52,837 bases of DNA, from assembly GCA_963803145.1 (NCBI GenBank), contig CAWDLW010000034.1:1-52837 (forward strand). Direction: 5' to 3'. Each line of letters starts with the position of its first letter. Within the stretch, counting starts at the first letter, position 1. The notes beneath the pieces are model-generated. The model did no database searches. It saw nothing but the letters and a program-made list of their open reading frames with translations, and was not told the origin of the DNA. Positions 28,337 to 38,255 of the stretch are shown one piece after another. The DNA comes from Methanotrichaceae archaeon (GTDB lineage Archaea > Halobacteriota > Methanosarcinia > Methanotrichales > Methanotrichaceae). A program made the translations under genes and the position numbers.

Positions 28337-29194
28337 GTGAATGGCCTTTTAATTACACTCGAAGGCATTGATGGATCTGGAAAAACTACAGTTTCGAAGA
28401 TGCTTCAAGATAGGCTCGCGAAGTCAGTGCCTGAGAGGAACTTCGTCTTTACTGCTGAGCCGACGAATGGCGGAGCAGGACAGATACTGAGGGCACGTCT
28501 ATCAGCAGGCACTCAAGAAGCAAGCACACAAGAAGCAAGCACACAAGAAGCAAGCACACAAGAAACAAGCACACAAGAAACAAGCACACAAGAAACAAGC
28601 ACACAAGAAACAAGCACACAAGAAACAAGCACACAAGAAACAAGCACACAAGAAACAAGCACACAAGAAACAAGCACACAAGAAACAAGCACACAAGAAA
28701 CAAGCACACAAGAAACAAGCGCTCGAGAATCCAATAAACTCCTCAGGGCCCGGAAGGTGGAGGAGCTTTTCCTTTTCATGGCAGATCATTCAAATCACCT
28801 CGCCAGTATGATCATACCATCGCTAAATGACGGTAATATCGTAATATCCGACAGGTATACAGACTCGACGGCTGCATACCAAGGCGTAACCCTTCGAGGA
28901 ATCGTCCCTGATCCTGTAATGTGGATCATAAATCTTTGCGAGCCCTGGGACATCAAGCCGAATATGACGCTCCTATTTGCAATCGAACCTGGCCTGGCCT
29001 TGGAAAGGATAAGATCCAGAGAGTACATGGAGAAGTTTGAAAGATTAGAATTTCTTATGGAAGTAGATAACAACTTCAGGCAAATCGCGGCACTTGAGCA
29101 GAATAGGTTCATTATTATCGATGCGAACCAGGATATCGAGGATGTAGCAGGAGATGCATTCTCTGCGATACTTAACATCGTATGTAGATCTTAG
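28337..29194 (+). CDS. tmk: Thymidylate kinase with a 70-aa repeat insertion
   Basis: EGIDGSGKTT, EP, SDRYTDSTAAYQ. Confidence 0.92.
   Translation: MNGLLITLEGIDGSGKTTVSKMLQDRLAKSVPERNFVFTAEPTNGGAGQILRARLSAGTQEASTQEASTQEASTQETSTQETSTQETSTQETSTQETSTQETSTQETSTQETSTQETSTQETSTQETSARESNKLLRARKVEELFLFMADHSNHLASMIIPSLNDGNIVISDRYTDSTAAYQGVTLRGIVPDPVMWIINLCEPWDIKPNMTLLFAIEPGLALERIRSREYMEKFERLEFLMEVDNNFRQIAALEQNRFIIIDANQDIEDVAGDAFSAILNIVCRS
28511..28720 (+). repeat. 14 x 15-bp tandem repeat (3 TQEAS + 11 TQETS)
   Basis: ACACAAGAA(G/A)CAAGC units over 210 nt. Confidence 0.97.
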
Positions 29195-29829
29195 CACTGA
29201 TCTCCCGATAGCGCAATCTCGATAAGCCGCTTCGCCCATGAAAGTTTTTTCCTCTTCCGTGGTGTGACGCTCTCATCATTATAATCAAAGCCAACTAGTC
29301 GGATTTCAGCCGCGCCTAGATGCTTTGCAAGAAAGACGCATCTATCACCGTCCGTGAAGCCTCCGAAGTTATATACATTTTTTAAGGGCCTTGATTGTGT
29401 TGTCCCGATCACATTTTTCAGTACCGGAACGCCTTTTTCGATGGCATCTATATTGTCACCATGTGCATGAACAACTATTATAGAGCCCATTTTGTTCGCC
29501 TGAAGTATCGCTTGAAACGGGCCATCAAGGTCGGTCACTACTATTTGAGGAATTATGCCCTGCTTTAGAAGAGCCTCCGTCGCGCCATCTGCTGCTATAA
29601 AAATATGATCTTGCTTTGGTAACGCATCAAGCTCTCGAACAAGAGATGGTCCGTTTCCGCAGACGATTACGGCACGACCGCATACAAGCCGAAAAGCATC
29701 TTTCAAACTCTGCTCGGGTTCGCGCAGCAACTCTGATAACAGCTCAGCTGCCTCCTCATCGCGCTCTCGTGAGAAACCAAAATCATCAAGGATCTTTTGA
29801 TAGATTGGCTCCCATGATTCGAACCGCAT
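29191..29829 (-). CDS. mptE: 6-hydroxymethyl-7,8-dihydropterin pyrophosphokinase
   Basis: AADGA, VTDLDG, HAHGDN, GGFTDGDR. Confidence 0.9.
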   Translation of the reverse strand: MRFESWEPIYQKILDDFGFSRERDEEAAELLSELLREPEQSLKDAFRLVCGRAVIVCGNGPSLVRELDALPKQDHIFIAADGATEALLKQGIIPQIVVTDLDGPFQAILQANKMGSIIVVHAHGDNIDAIEKGVPVLKNVIGTTQSRPLKNVYNFGGFTDGDRCVFLAKHLGAAEIRLVGFDYNDESVTPRKRKKLSWAKRLIEIALSGDQC

Positions 29830-29944
29830 AATGAAAGGAGAGGCACTTCTAAAGATTAAGGCTTTTCATAAGCAACAGGCTTCGACTAATCTAATATGCT
29901 GAGAAAAAAGAGAGAGCTGGGGAGTTTAATCCCCTTTTGCTATT

Positions 29945-30925
29945 TTACCAGGCTTTTGCTTCTGTAGGCTCTGGGTACTGCGCCGTTGGTTGGGCCTTAT
30001 AGCACGTGCAGTCGAATATTCCCTTAGTGCTCGCTCCGAAACCCTTCTTATCGTAGATATTCATGTTATCCCATCCACCGGAGCAGCAGGGCAACCAATC
30101 CTCTCCTACTATGATATTCTTATAGGGCACCTCAAGGGATATGTTCTTCTCGAGGTGATAGGTTCCCCAATAATCCTCATCGATCAGGATAGCAGGATCT
30201 CTCCAGGCTTCGCCTCTAAGACCAGGTGCTCCTATGCTCGCATCGGAGAAGTCTCCAACAAAGGGGCTTATTGGCTTTGTGATGTCGCCATTAAGGGCTA
30301 CATTAGTATTGCTACCCTGTAGCACTCCGAGGTGGATCTTGCCATCTGTTACATCCTCGTTGATCTTCATTTGTGTTATTGCTGTGCCCAAAAGCGTGGG
30401 GTCATAGAGATGAGTGAAATTCTCTTTGGCAACTACACTCAGCTGCTTCGTTATGGCATGGGCATACTCGATCTCATGCTTTATTGAGCTCGATGCAGCA
30501 TAGTTCTTTACATACGTCTGCTCCTTCAGTAAAGAGCTATAATCAATTGGGTTGGCTGCATAGTACCCAGTACCGACTGCAATTCTCATTGGAGAATAGA
30601 CCATGTTGTTGTCTTCCTTGAACTGGATGCAGTTCTGGACTAGGTCGTTCCAATCGCTGCCATCATTCGGATGAAGATCCCTGCTCAGATTTTGTGTAGT
30701 TAATATCGCGGAGTTATCTATAGAACCGCTCCCATGAGCGTAATTCTTAAACGCGAGATTCCCTACTTTGGCGTACATATAATTCATGAAGTAGCCATTG
30801 CCCTGGACGCTTTGCTCAAAGCTGAACGTCGTGTTGCTCTCAATCGTCTGGCCAGTTTTAGCCATAGATAAACCTATAAAAGCAACTATAACCAGAACCG
30901 CTAGTGCTAGTATAACCTTCTTCAG
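29945..30925 (-). CDS. Secreted hypothetical protein (probable CTG start at 30925)
   Basis: In-frame signal peptide KKVILALAVLVIVAFIGLS upstream of ATG 30865; GGAGGG 6 nt before the CTG; C-terminal WLPCC...GIFDCTC. Confidence 0.75.
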   Translation of the reverse strand: MKKVILALAVLVIVAFIGLSMAKTGQTIESNTTFSFEQSVQGNGYFMNYMYAKVGNLAFKNYAHGSGSIDNSAILTTQNLSRDLHPNDGSDWNDLVQNCIQFKEDNNMVYSPMRIAVGTGYYAANPIDYSSLLKEQTYVKNYAASSSIKHEIEYAHAITKQLSVVAKENFTHLYDPTLLGTAITQMKINEDVTDGKIHLGVLQGSNTNVALNGDITKPISPFVGDFSDASIGAPGLRGEAWRDPAILIDEDYWGTYHLEKNISLEVPYKNIIVGEDWLPCCSGGWDNMNIYDKKGFGASTKGIFDCTCYKAQPTAQYPEPTEAKAW

Positions 30926-31481
30926 ATCAATCCCTCCGTCTAAGCGAATATCACTATTCTATTTATTGATCCTTTTTCCTTTAATGCTACTCACCTATTT
31001 TAATCTGTTGGAAGTGGTGGGTCAGCTACCGCCTATTCTGCCCCTAAGGCCCAGGTATATGATAGCGGGAGGGATGCTAAAACAGTCTCATTTCGCCGGC
31101 ATGATCAAAAAACCTCGCAGAAACCAATTTATAATGCGCTCATCTATTGAAGAACCATTTAGTAGTGCTCACTTTGATAGAATAGTTCGCATAACCAAAA
31201 GATTAATACGTTATGGGAATCTGGATACCTTCCAGCATGCCTACACTTATCGATCTTATGTGGTGGTTATCTTTTCGTAACACTAATATCTCGACTGAAG
31301 CAGTTTTGTTGCTACAGCACAGATACGCATAGATAAGCACAGATCATCAGATCGATGGTTGAGTATGTACCCCATCATATGTAGCGCCAATAAGCAGCAC
31401 TTCGCCAAAGGGCGGAGCTTTTCCGTAAACCGGAACGGCTCAAACCCCAGCAACGTGCTGGAACAGGAGGACAAACGGGGG

Positions 31482-32342
31482 ATGCTGGCAGAACTGGAAG
31501 ACAAAAAAGCCAATTTAAGGCAGGAGTCCCTTGCATTTAAGGATAGACGAAGCCAACTTAATGCTGAGGCGAGCAAGTGGGCCGCAAAGAGGAATGAGCT
31601 GAATAAAACCACAAAAGAGCTTATCGATAAGGCCCAGGAACTCAAAAAGCTGCGGGACGAGAACAATAAGAACGTAGCGGATGCAAAGAAGCTGCGGGAT
31701 GAATATAACGAGAAAACCAACGAGTTCTATGCGAAGATCGATGAGATCCGCAAGAAGTACAACCTCACTGGTGAAAGATCGATAAAGGATCTGCGAAGAG
31801 AGATCGATCACCTGGAGTTCAGGCAGCAGACTGAGGTTCTAAGCCCTGATAAGGAGAAGCAGCTCGTGGATAAGATCGCCGCACTTCATGCAGAGTTCAG
31901 AACCCGAAAAGAGCAGCTTGAGAAGAACGAGGAACTCAGGAAGCTCCTGGATGAGGCCCAGGGACTACGAGATCAGGCCTCCAAGCATCATGATGAAGTC
32001 ACAAAGTATGCTGAGCTTGCCCAGGAGTACCACGATAAAATGATCGCCACCTTCAAGGAAGCTGATCAAACACGAGCAGAGGCGGATGCAGCCCACAAGG
32101 AGTTTGTGAAGGCTCAAGAATCTGCTGATGAACAACATAAAGAGTTCATAAGGACGCAGAGGGAAATCCGCGACTTCGAGAAGGTAATAGTCGGCCTGAA
32201 GAAGAAGAACCGCGATATCAAAGAGGATAAGGCTAAAGAGGTAGCCAAGCGAGAAGCAGAGGAGATTCTCACTCACTTCAGGCAGGGCGAGAAGCTGGAT
32301 ACAGCCGCACTACTCAGGCTCCAGCGTGCAGGTATGGTTTGA
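31482..32342 (+). CDS. Archaeal coiled-coil protein (COG1340-like)
   Basis: Heptad-rich, LEFRQQTEVLSPDKEKQLV; start reassigned to 31482. Confidence 0.85.
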   Translation: MLAELEDKKANLRQESLAFKDRRSQLNAEASKWAAKRNELNKTTKELIDKAQELKKLRDENNKNVADAKKLRDEYNEKTNEFYAKIDEIRKKYNLTGERSIKDLRREIDHLEFRQQTEVLSPDKEKQLVDKIAALHAEFRTRKEQLEKNEELRKLLDEAQGLRDQASKHHDEVTKYAELAQEYHDKMIATFKEADQTRAEADAAHKEFVKAQESADEQHKEFIRTQREIRDFEKVIVGLKKKNRDIKEDKAKEVAKREAEEILTHFRQGEKLDTAALLRLQRAGMV

Positions 32343-32500
32343 AAATGACAATATTAGGGCAGAGCTAACATGCTGCCCCTTCTCAGATTTTAAATCTTTT
32401 CAGCATTTGTATTTGAAAAAGTAGTTATCCTATATGTTAATATGATTAATTTAAGATTTAGAACCGTAAGGTTTTAAGCTTCATCATCAGATCATCAGCA

Positions 32501-33007
32501 ATGAACGGCATACGCCTCCTCTTCGGAAGGCCTATCATCAGCGACAAAAACGAGTTCGTTTTAGCTTTGCGTAAGCTTCAGGCTCAGACAGGCTGTACAA
32601 TCCAGGCTATGGATGCGAGATACATAGTAAGCGAGAGACATCTCACTTTTGCAGCCGAGAAAGCATTGTGCGCTTTCTTTGAAGGAAGAAATACAGCCAA
32701 GGACCTGGGCGTAGAGATATTGCGTTATGCTTCAGGGGAACGCCAGATTGAAAGAGCACTCTCAATTGGTCTTTCCGATTCCACAGAAAGAATAGCCATC
32801 CTTATCATATCAGGACAGAGCGGGCTTATGCCTGAAGATTCTGAGCTATCGAGCATTATAGAGATCGATCGCAAAGGATGCGCCTACAAGGTTGAAGCAG
32901 TGAAAACTATATTTAATATATCCGACGAGGAACTTTGGGCTGCAGGAGAGGCAAGAATCTCTGATCTTGTGCTGGAGAGAGTAGCCCTCGTAGATACATA
33001 TCGGTGA
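32501..33007 (+). CDS. cgi121: KEOPS complex subunit Cgi121
   Basis: EILRYASGERQIERAL, LVLERVAL. Confidence 0.9.
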   Translation: MNGIRLLFGRPIISDKNEFVLALRKLQAQTGCTIQAMDARYIVSERHLTFAAEKALCAFFEGRNTAKDLGVEILRYASGERQIERALSIGLSDSTERIAILIISGQSGLMPEDSELSSIIEIDRKGCAYKVEAVKTIFNISDEELWAAGEARISDLVLERVALVDTYR

Positions 33008-33013
33008 GGTTGC

Positions 33014-33625
33014 ATGAAGGTCATGAAAGAAGAGTTTTATACTGAGAAACGGTGGCTTAACTGGCTAAATAAGGTCAAGGAGAGCAACTTCAAGCTCACG
33101 GAATCCGATGACAAAAACGCTGGAGCTGTCTTCGTCTACATAATGGATGATGTAGTTCTGGCCTGCCTGAAGATCATCGCGCGGTGTGAACGTGATGTGA
33201 TCTCGCCAGAGGATGCCTTTGCGGAGGTTAATAGCATCAAAGAAATTATCTTCAAGGAGCATGAGTCTCTTGGCGAAGATGCGGACCTGATGCTCGAATC
33301 TCTCAAGACATCGCTGGCTGCAGTTTTCGTCTCTAGCCAGAGATATATTGCTGGAGACTTTGATCGTGAAACACCCATCAAAGATCTTATTGGCAAGGCA
33401 GTAACAGAAGAGCAGCAGGAGAACCTTGATGGGACCTTCGATATCCTTAGCCAGGTGGGTGCAAGGGTGATCGGTGGCGAGAGTTTGCCTCCCGAGGCGG
33501 CAGAGCTTCCTTACAGCATGGCAGCTGAGCTTATGGATGGAATAGATGCGATCTCTGCAGCCATGCTAGGAGATACCAGCTATAAGGAAGATGATGGCAC
33601 TGAGGATCTCAACGAGGAGTTCTGA
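33014..33625 (+). CDS. DUF2150-like conserved archaeal protein
   Basis: FYTEKRWLNW N-terminus, GARVIGG. Confidence 0.75.
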   Translation: MKVMKEEFYTEKRWLNWLNKVKESNFKLTESDDKNAGAVFVYIMDDVVLACLKIIARCERDVISPEDAFAEVNSIKEIIFKEHESLGEDADLMLESLKTSLAAVFVSSQRYIAGDFDRETPIKDLIGKAVTEEQQENLDGTFDILSQVGARVIGGESLPPEAAELPYSMAAELMDGIDAISAAMLGDTSYKEDDGTEDLNEEF

Positions 33626-33662
33626 AAAATTGAGGGTTTAAAATACCGATCCTCAGTCTAGT

Positions 33663-34544
33663 CTATCCAACCCTTGTTATGACCTCGCAGCCATCCCCAG
33701 TAACTATGGCCGTATGTTCAGCCTGTGAGACCAGAGCACCCTCGATCTCCCATAGCACAGGATACCTATGCACAACTCCTGATTTAAGAAGTTGTATTAA
33801 TGCATATTCTGCCCTATCTCCATTCAACCACCTGCGAGCAAAGGGCAGCGTTTTGTAGTTCTCCATAATCGTCTTCATTAGATCCCTGGCCTCAGGGGAT
33901 CTTACCGGCCTTCGATCTAAAAATCCGTAGATCTCAGTTATAGGCGCCTCTGATACTCTGCCAACACCATCTGTTGCAAAGGGCTCTATGGCTATCACAT
34001 CCCCTTCATTCAGTATGGTACCTTTTCCAATCGCTCTATTTGGCACTACAGGCTCAGCATGCGCATCATACTTCTCAAGGCCGTGTCCTGTCAGATTTGA
34101 AACGGGCTTGTAACCATAGCCTATTATTGTCTGCTCAATGGCAGAGCCGATGGCAGCTGTATTAGCGCCTGGCTTAATAAGTTCTATTGCAGCTTCCAAT
34201 GCTGCCTTGGATGCATCCGTCAGATCGACATGGCCGCTTAAATCAACCGTTATTGCGGCATCCGCGATATAGCCATCGACATGCACGCCTATATCCAACT
34301 TAACCATATTTTCCGCAAAAGTAATCTCATCCCCAGGCTTAGGGGTATAGTGGGCTGCAGCCCTATCTAAGGAGATGTTGCATGGGAATGCAGGCTGCGC
34401 ACCCTTCGATCTTATTGATCCCTCAACAAATTCTGCAATCTCGATAAGTGGTACGCCTACATTTATTTTTGGCCTGGCCCCCACCATCACCTCGGCCAGG
34501 ATCCTTCCAGCCTTCCTATACTTCTCCAGCACATCTTGTTCCAT
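33663..34544 (-). CDS. map: Type II methionine aminopeptidase
   Basis: AAHYTP, DIGVHVDGYIAD, GHG, IEPFAT, QAEHT. Confidence 0.96.
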   Translation of the reverse strand: MEQDVLEKYRKAGRILAEVMVGARPKINVGVPLIEIAEFVEGSIRSKGAQPAFPCNISLDRAAAHYTPKPGDEITFAENMVKLDIGVHVDGYIADAAITVDLSGHVDLTDASKAALEAAIELIKPGANTAAIGSAIEQTIIGYGYKPVSNLTGHGLEKYDAHAEPVVPNRAIGKGTILNEGDVIAIEPFATDGVGRVSEAPITEIYGFLDRRPVRSPEARDLMKTIMENYKTLPFARRWLNGDRAEYALIQLLKSGVVHRYPVLWEIEGALVSQAEHTAIVTGDGCEVITRVG

Positions 34545-34617
34545 GATTTGCCTCTAGTGATATTGATAATGCAATATAGATTAATGATAATACTGCTAAT
34601 ACTATTATTAAATGTTA

Positions 34618-35757
34618 TCAAACAATAAGCTGTCTGTTGAAATGGGTTAAGTTATCACAGCCGTGCTCAGTCACTACAACCAGATCCTCAAGCCTAACAC
34701 CCCCGATCTCAGGATAATATAGGCCAGGCTCTACTGTAACAACATTGTTTACATGAAGGGTCTCACCAGCCTCGCTCAGAGAAGGTCTCTCATGGATATC
34801 GAGGCCAACTCCGTGTCCTGTGGAGTGCGTGAATCCCTTGCCATCTCTTTCAGGATACCCGTGTTCATCGAACACCAGGGCGACCTGCATGTGAACGTCC
34901 TTGCCGGATGCGCCCGAATGAATAGCCTTTAGTCCCATCAATTGGGCCTCGAGGACCGCATCATAAATTTCTTTTACCTCTCGCGATGCCTCTCCCCTTA
35001 GCACAGTTCTTGTCATATCCGCAAAGTACCTGGTGCTTTTGGACCTCGGAAAGATATCTATCACAATTGGAGCATTCGCTTGAAGCGGTCCGCTGCCACG
35101 TGCATGAGGATCAGCAGCGGTAGCGCCGCCCGCAACTATAGTATCAACCGCGTCGCACCCCTGTTCAAGGAATGAGACCTCTATTGCGCCTCTTACTTGC
35201 TCCGAAGTCAGAGGCTTGCCATCCAATAGAAGCATCTCCCCGGTGGGCTCTGATCTCGAGATTAGATCAATGGCAAGCCTCATAGAAGTCTCGCATGACC
35301 TTTGCACTGTTTTTATTGCCTCTATCTCCATTTGGCTTTTGACAGCCCGCCATTTTGAAACTGGGCTTTCCAGTATTGATACATCGAAGATCTCAGATAG
35401 ACGCTTGTAAAGCTGGCATGGAAACCTTAAAGGAACCCCGAGCCTCTTTACGCCGTGATCGCTTAAGAATTCCCTAAGAACCTCCAAATAGGCCTCGTCG
35501 GGCTTCCCCAGAGACTTCAACTTATCCATTATATTGTAATCTGAGGTGCTCACGACCTCATCGGCACAGGATTCCTTATCGGCCCGCCCTCGTTCCATAC
35601 TGGAAACGAGCAATGATATCTTATCTGCTGCTAAAAGAGTGAATCGATCCGTCGCGAAGAAACGCGAGAGATAGTACATATCTGTGCTGCAAAGGCTATC
35701 TCCGACGAATAGGAAACCATCGAGGCCGTTCTCTTCAAGGAAAGACTTCATGTTCAT
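34618..35757 (-). CDS. Xaa-Pro peptidase (M24B)
   Basis: ADMTRT, HSTGHGVGLDIHE, EPGLY, RLED. Confidence 0.93.
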   Translation of the reverse strand: MNMKSFLEENGLDGFLFVGDSLCSTDMYYLSRFFATDRFTLLAADKISLLVSSMERGRADKESCADEVVSTSDYNIMDKLKSLGKPDEAYLEVLREFLSDHGVKRLGVPLRFPCQLYKRLSEIFDVSILESPVSKWRAVKSQMEIEAIKTVQRSCETSMRLAIDLISRSEPTGEMLLLDGKPLTSEQVRGAIEVSFLEQGCDAVDTIVAGGATAADPHARGSGPLQANAPIVIDIFPRSKSTRYFADMTRTVLRGEASREVKEIYDAVLEAQLMGLKAIHSGASGKDVHMQVALVFDEHGYPERDGKGFTHSTGHGVGLDIHERPSLSEAGETLHVNNVVTVEPGLYYPEIGGVRLEDLVVVTEHGCDNLTHFNRQLIV

Positions 35758-36515
35758 GGTTGCCTATGTATCGACTCTGTTACATCAGATACAAATGATG
35801 TCACGTTATCGCTAAGCTCAACTGCAGTGCCTGTGACGATCATATCAGCGCCTGCTTTCACAAGCTCCGCTGCAGCAGCACCGCTTCTGATTCCACCACC
35901 AACAATGAGGTGGACTTCTCCAAGTGCCTTCTTGACTGTTTCAACCATGCGGGTAGGAACCGGCGAATCTGCACCCGAACCTGCCTCAAGGTAGATAACC
36001 CTCATGCCCATATACTTTGCAGCCAGCGCGTAAGCAGAAGCGAGCTCAGGCTTTCTACGTGGGATGGCACGTGCGTCGCCCACCCAACCGACGGTGCCAC
36101 CTGGCTCGATTATGATGTACGCCATAGGTATAGGCTCAAGTCCATAGCGTAGAATTAAAGGGGCACCGAGAGCCTGGTTTTCAATAATGTAGCTTGTAGA
36201 CCTCGAGTTGAGAAGGCTCATGAAGAAGACTGCATCAGCATTCTCACAGAGCCCTGCTGTGCTGCTCGGAAAGAGAACGACAGGCAGATCTGTTTTCTGC
36301 TTTATTTTCTCTACCGTCTCATATAGCAATAATCCTGCAGAGCCGACAGATCCGCCAACCATGATGGCATCTGTTCCTCCGAGCGTTGCAGCCTCTGCTA
36401 TTTTGGCTGCAACTGTAGGGCTCTGGGAATCTGGATCTATGAGCGTTAGATGTGCAGCGCCACGATTTTTCACGGCATTATTGAGCCATTCCTCAACTCT
36501 GCCTACTGTAATCAT
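35754..36515 (-). CDS. Geranylgeranylglyceryl phosphate synthase
   Basis: LIDPD, MVGGS, YLEAGSG, VGGGIR; start reassigned to 36515. Confidence 0.93.
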   Translation of the reverse strand: MITVGRVEEWLNNAVKNRGAAHLTLIDPDSQSPTVAAKIAEAATLGGTDAIMVGGSVGSAGLLLYETVEKIKQKTDLPVVLFPSSTAGLCENADAVFFMSLLNSRSTSYIIENQALGAPLILRYGLEPIPMAYIIIEPGGTVGWVGDARAIPRRKPELASAYALAAKYMGMRVIYLEAGSGADSPVPTRMVETVKKALGEVHLIVGGGIRSGAAAAELVKAGADMIVTGTAVELSDNVTSFVSDVTESIHRQP

Positions 36516-36517
36516 GC

Positions 36518-36667
36518 TTATGCGGACTTGCTCTCCTTGGACTTCATCCTTAAGCCATGATAGCCGCACTTACGGCAGCGTGTAGCTCTGATTGGGTTTC
36601 TCGCATTGCAACGCATGCATATCTTAAGGTTCAAAATTCTGTTTTCTGCCTCTGGAAATCTGGCCAT
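36518..36667 (-). CDS. rpl40e: 50S ribosomal protein L40e (not in the ORF track)
   Basis: [49 protein letters not shown]. Confidence 0.95.
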   Translation of the reverse strand: MARFPEAENRILNLKICMRCNARNPIRATRCRKCGYHGLRMKSKESKSA

Positions 36668-36728
36668 AATAATCAGCTTTTCTCCTTACCTCTGGTATTT
36701 TCCGTGAATTTTTCCGTGAATATATCAG

Positions 36729-36879
36729 CGCCGGGGTTGGGATTTTCATGGCAGGTCTCTCGCGTGGCCTGCCAATTTGAACCCAAGCGTCCCTGGAAGG
36801 GACAACAGGTCTCGAGCCTGCCGCGTATGAACTCCCGTCTGATTTGACAGACGAAAATTGTCCGCTCTGCCACCCCGGC
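36729..36879 (-). tRNA. tRNA-Ser(CGA) with two non-canonical introns (36827-36857 in the D-loop; 36743-36775 in the T-loop)
   Basis: Acceptor GCCGGGG/CCCCGGC, anticodon arm GCAGG-CTCGAGA-CCTGT, long variable arm, T-stem TTGGG/CCCAA; removing the 31- and 33-nt BHB introns gives an 87-nt cloverleaf. Confidence 0.88.
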
Positions 36880-36971
36880 CCGACCACCATTTAGGTATAA
36901 GCCATGCTTTATATCTGTATCTATCCCTCTCTAGCAAGATTTATCTTGGCGGCTGTACTTTCCAGTTGATA

Positions 36972-38216
36972 ATGTCTCTCCGAGAGGAAGCGCTCCAGTT
37001 TCATAGGGTGGCGAAGGGCAAGATCGCCATTCAGAGTAAAGTTCCCTGCTGTACGCAGAAGGATTTGAGCCTGGCCTATACGCCGGGCGTGGCAGAACCC
37101 TGCCGCGAGATTGAGAAAAACCCTGAAGATGTTTACGAATATACCTCCAAGGGCAATATCGTAGCAGTTGTGACTGATGGGACTGCAGTTTTGGGTCTGG
37201 GCGATATAGGCCCCCTGGCTGCTATTCCGGTCATGGAGGGAAAAGCCATACTCTTCAAAAACTTTGCAGGGATAGATGCCTTTCCAATATCAATCACCTC
37301 TAAAGATCCATCCGTAATTGTGGACACCATTTCGCGAATTGAGCCAGTATTCGGCGGCATAAATTTAGAAGATATAAGTGCCCCTCGATGCTTTGAGGTC
37401 GAGGAAATGCTGAAGAAGGTGCTTAAAATCCCTGTCTTCCATGACGATCAGCACGGAACTGCAGTCGTATGCCTTGCAGCCCTCATCAATGCACTGAAGG
37501 TCGTAGGCAAAGATTTTCCTGATATCCGTGTGGCTATAAGCGGCGCAGGAGCTGCCGGCATAGCCGTCACAAAGTTCCTTCTCAGCTTCGGGGCAGTGGA
37601 TGTAATCCTTTGCGATAGCAAGGGCACAATACATCAGGGAAGAACAGATCTGAATAAAGCCAAACAGGAAATTGCCAGGATCACAAATCCACGCGAAGTT
37701 AAGGGCACTCTGGCAGATGCCATGAGGGGCTCTGATGTATTTATAGGATTATCAGTCGCCGGAATAGTCAGCCCTGAAATGGTTAAGAGCATGGCCAAAG
37801 ATGCAATAGTCTTCGCCATGGCCAACCCTGTGCCAGAGATAATGCCCGATCTGGCATTGAAGGCCGGAGCAAGGATCGTGGCAACAGGTAGATCCGACTT
37901 CCCCAACCAGGTGAACAATGTTCTAGGGTTCCCGGGGATATTCAGGGGCGCTCTGGATGTGCGCGCGAGCGATATAAATGAAGAGATGAAAAAGGCAGCA
38001 TCATTGGCGATAGCCAGCCTTGTTGATCCTATCTCTGAGGACAAAATCATACCCTCGCCTCTGGACAGAAAAGTTGTACCTGTGGTGGCCGAGGCCGTGG
38101 CTAAGGCAGCTATGGCGACAGGCGTTGCCCTAAGACCAGTTGATCCTAAAGAGGTTTGGAGCAGAGCCACTGAGCTCGTAAAGCAGCTGGAGCGGGGCAT
38201 CTGCTCAAACCTTTAG
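36972..38216 (+). CDS. NAD(P)-dependent malic enzyme
   Basis: YTPGVA, FHDDQHGT, GAGAAG, ATGRSDFPNQVNN. Confidence 0.95.
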   Translation: MSLREEALQFHRVAKGKIAIQSKVPCCTQKDLSLAYTPGVAEPCREIEKNPEDVYEYTSKGNIVAVVTDGTAVLGLGDIGPLAAIPVMEGKAILFKNFAGIDAFPISITSKDPSVIVDTISRIEPVFGGINLEDISAPRCFEVEEMLKKVLKIPVFHDDQHGTAVVCLAALINALKVVGKDFPDIRVAISGAGAAGIAVTKFLLSFGAVDVILCDSKGTIHQGRTDLNKAKQEIARITNPREVKGTLADAMRGSDVFIGLSVAGIVSPEMVKSMAKDAIVFAMANPVPEIMPDLALKAGARIVATGRSDFPNQVNNVLGFPGIFRGALDVRASDINEEMKKAASLAIASLVDPISEDKIIPSPLDRKVVPVVAEAVAKAAMATGVALRPVDPKEVWSRATELVKQLERGICSNL

Positions 38217-38255
38217 GTCCTTTTTGGCCTCTGATGGACGGAAGTGTTTTCTGTC

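Noticed and set aside
28511-28720. CRISPR array, or the Cys-rich antisense ORFs over the tandem repeat
   Set aside because: No spacers; the repeat is in frame within tmk and the antisense ORFs are repeat shadows
30798-31481. ORF 30798-31280 and the upstream extension of ORF 31359
   Set aside because: No motifs; they overlap a better-supported gene start or promoter region
36557-36937. Several short ORFs in the track
   Set aside because: Explained by rpl40e and the intron-containing tRNA-Ser
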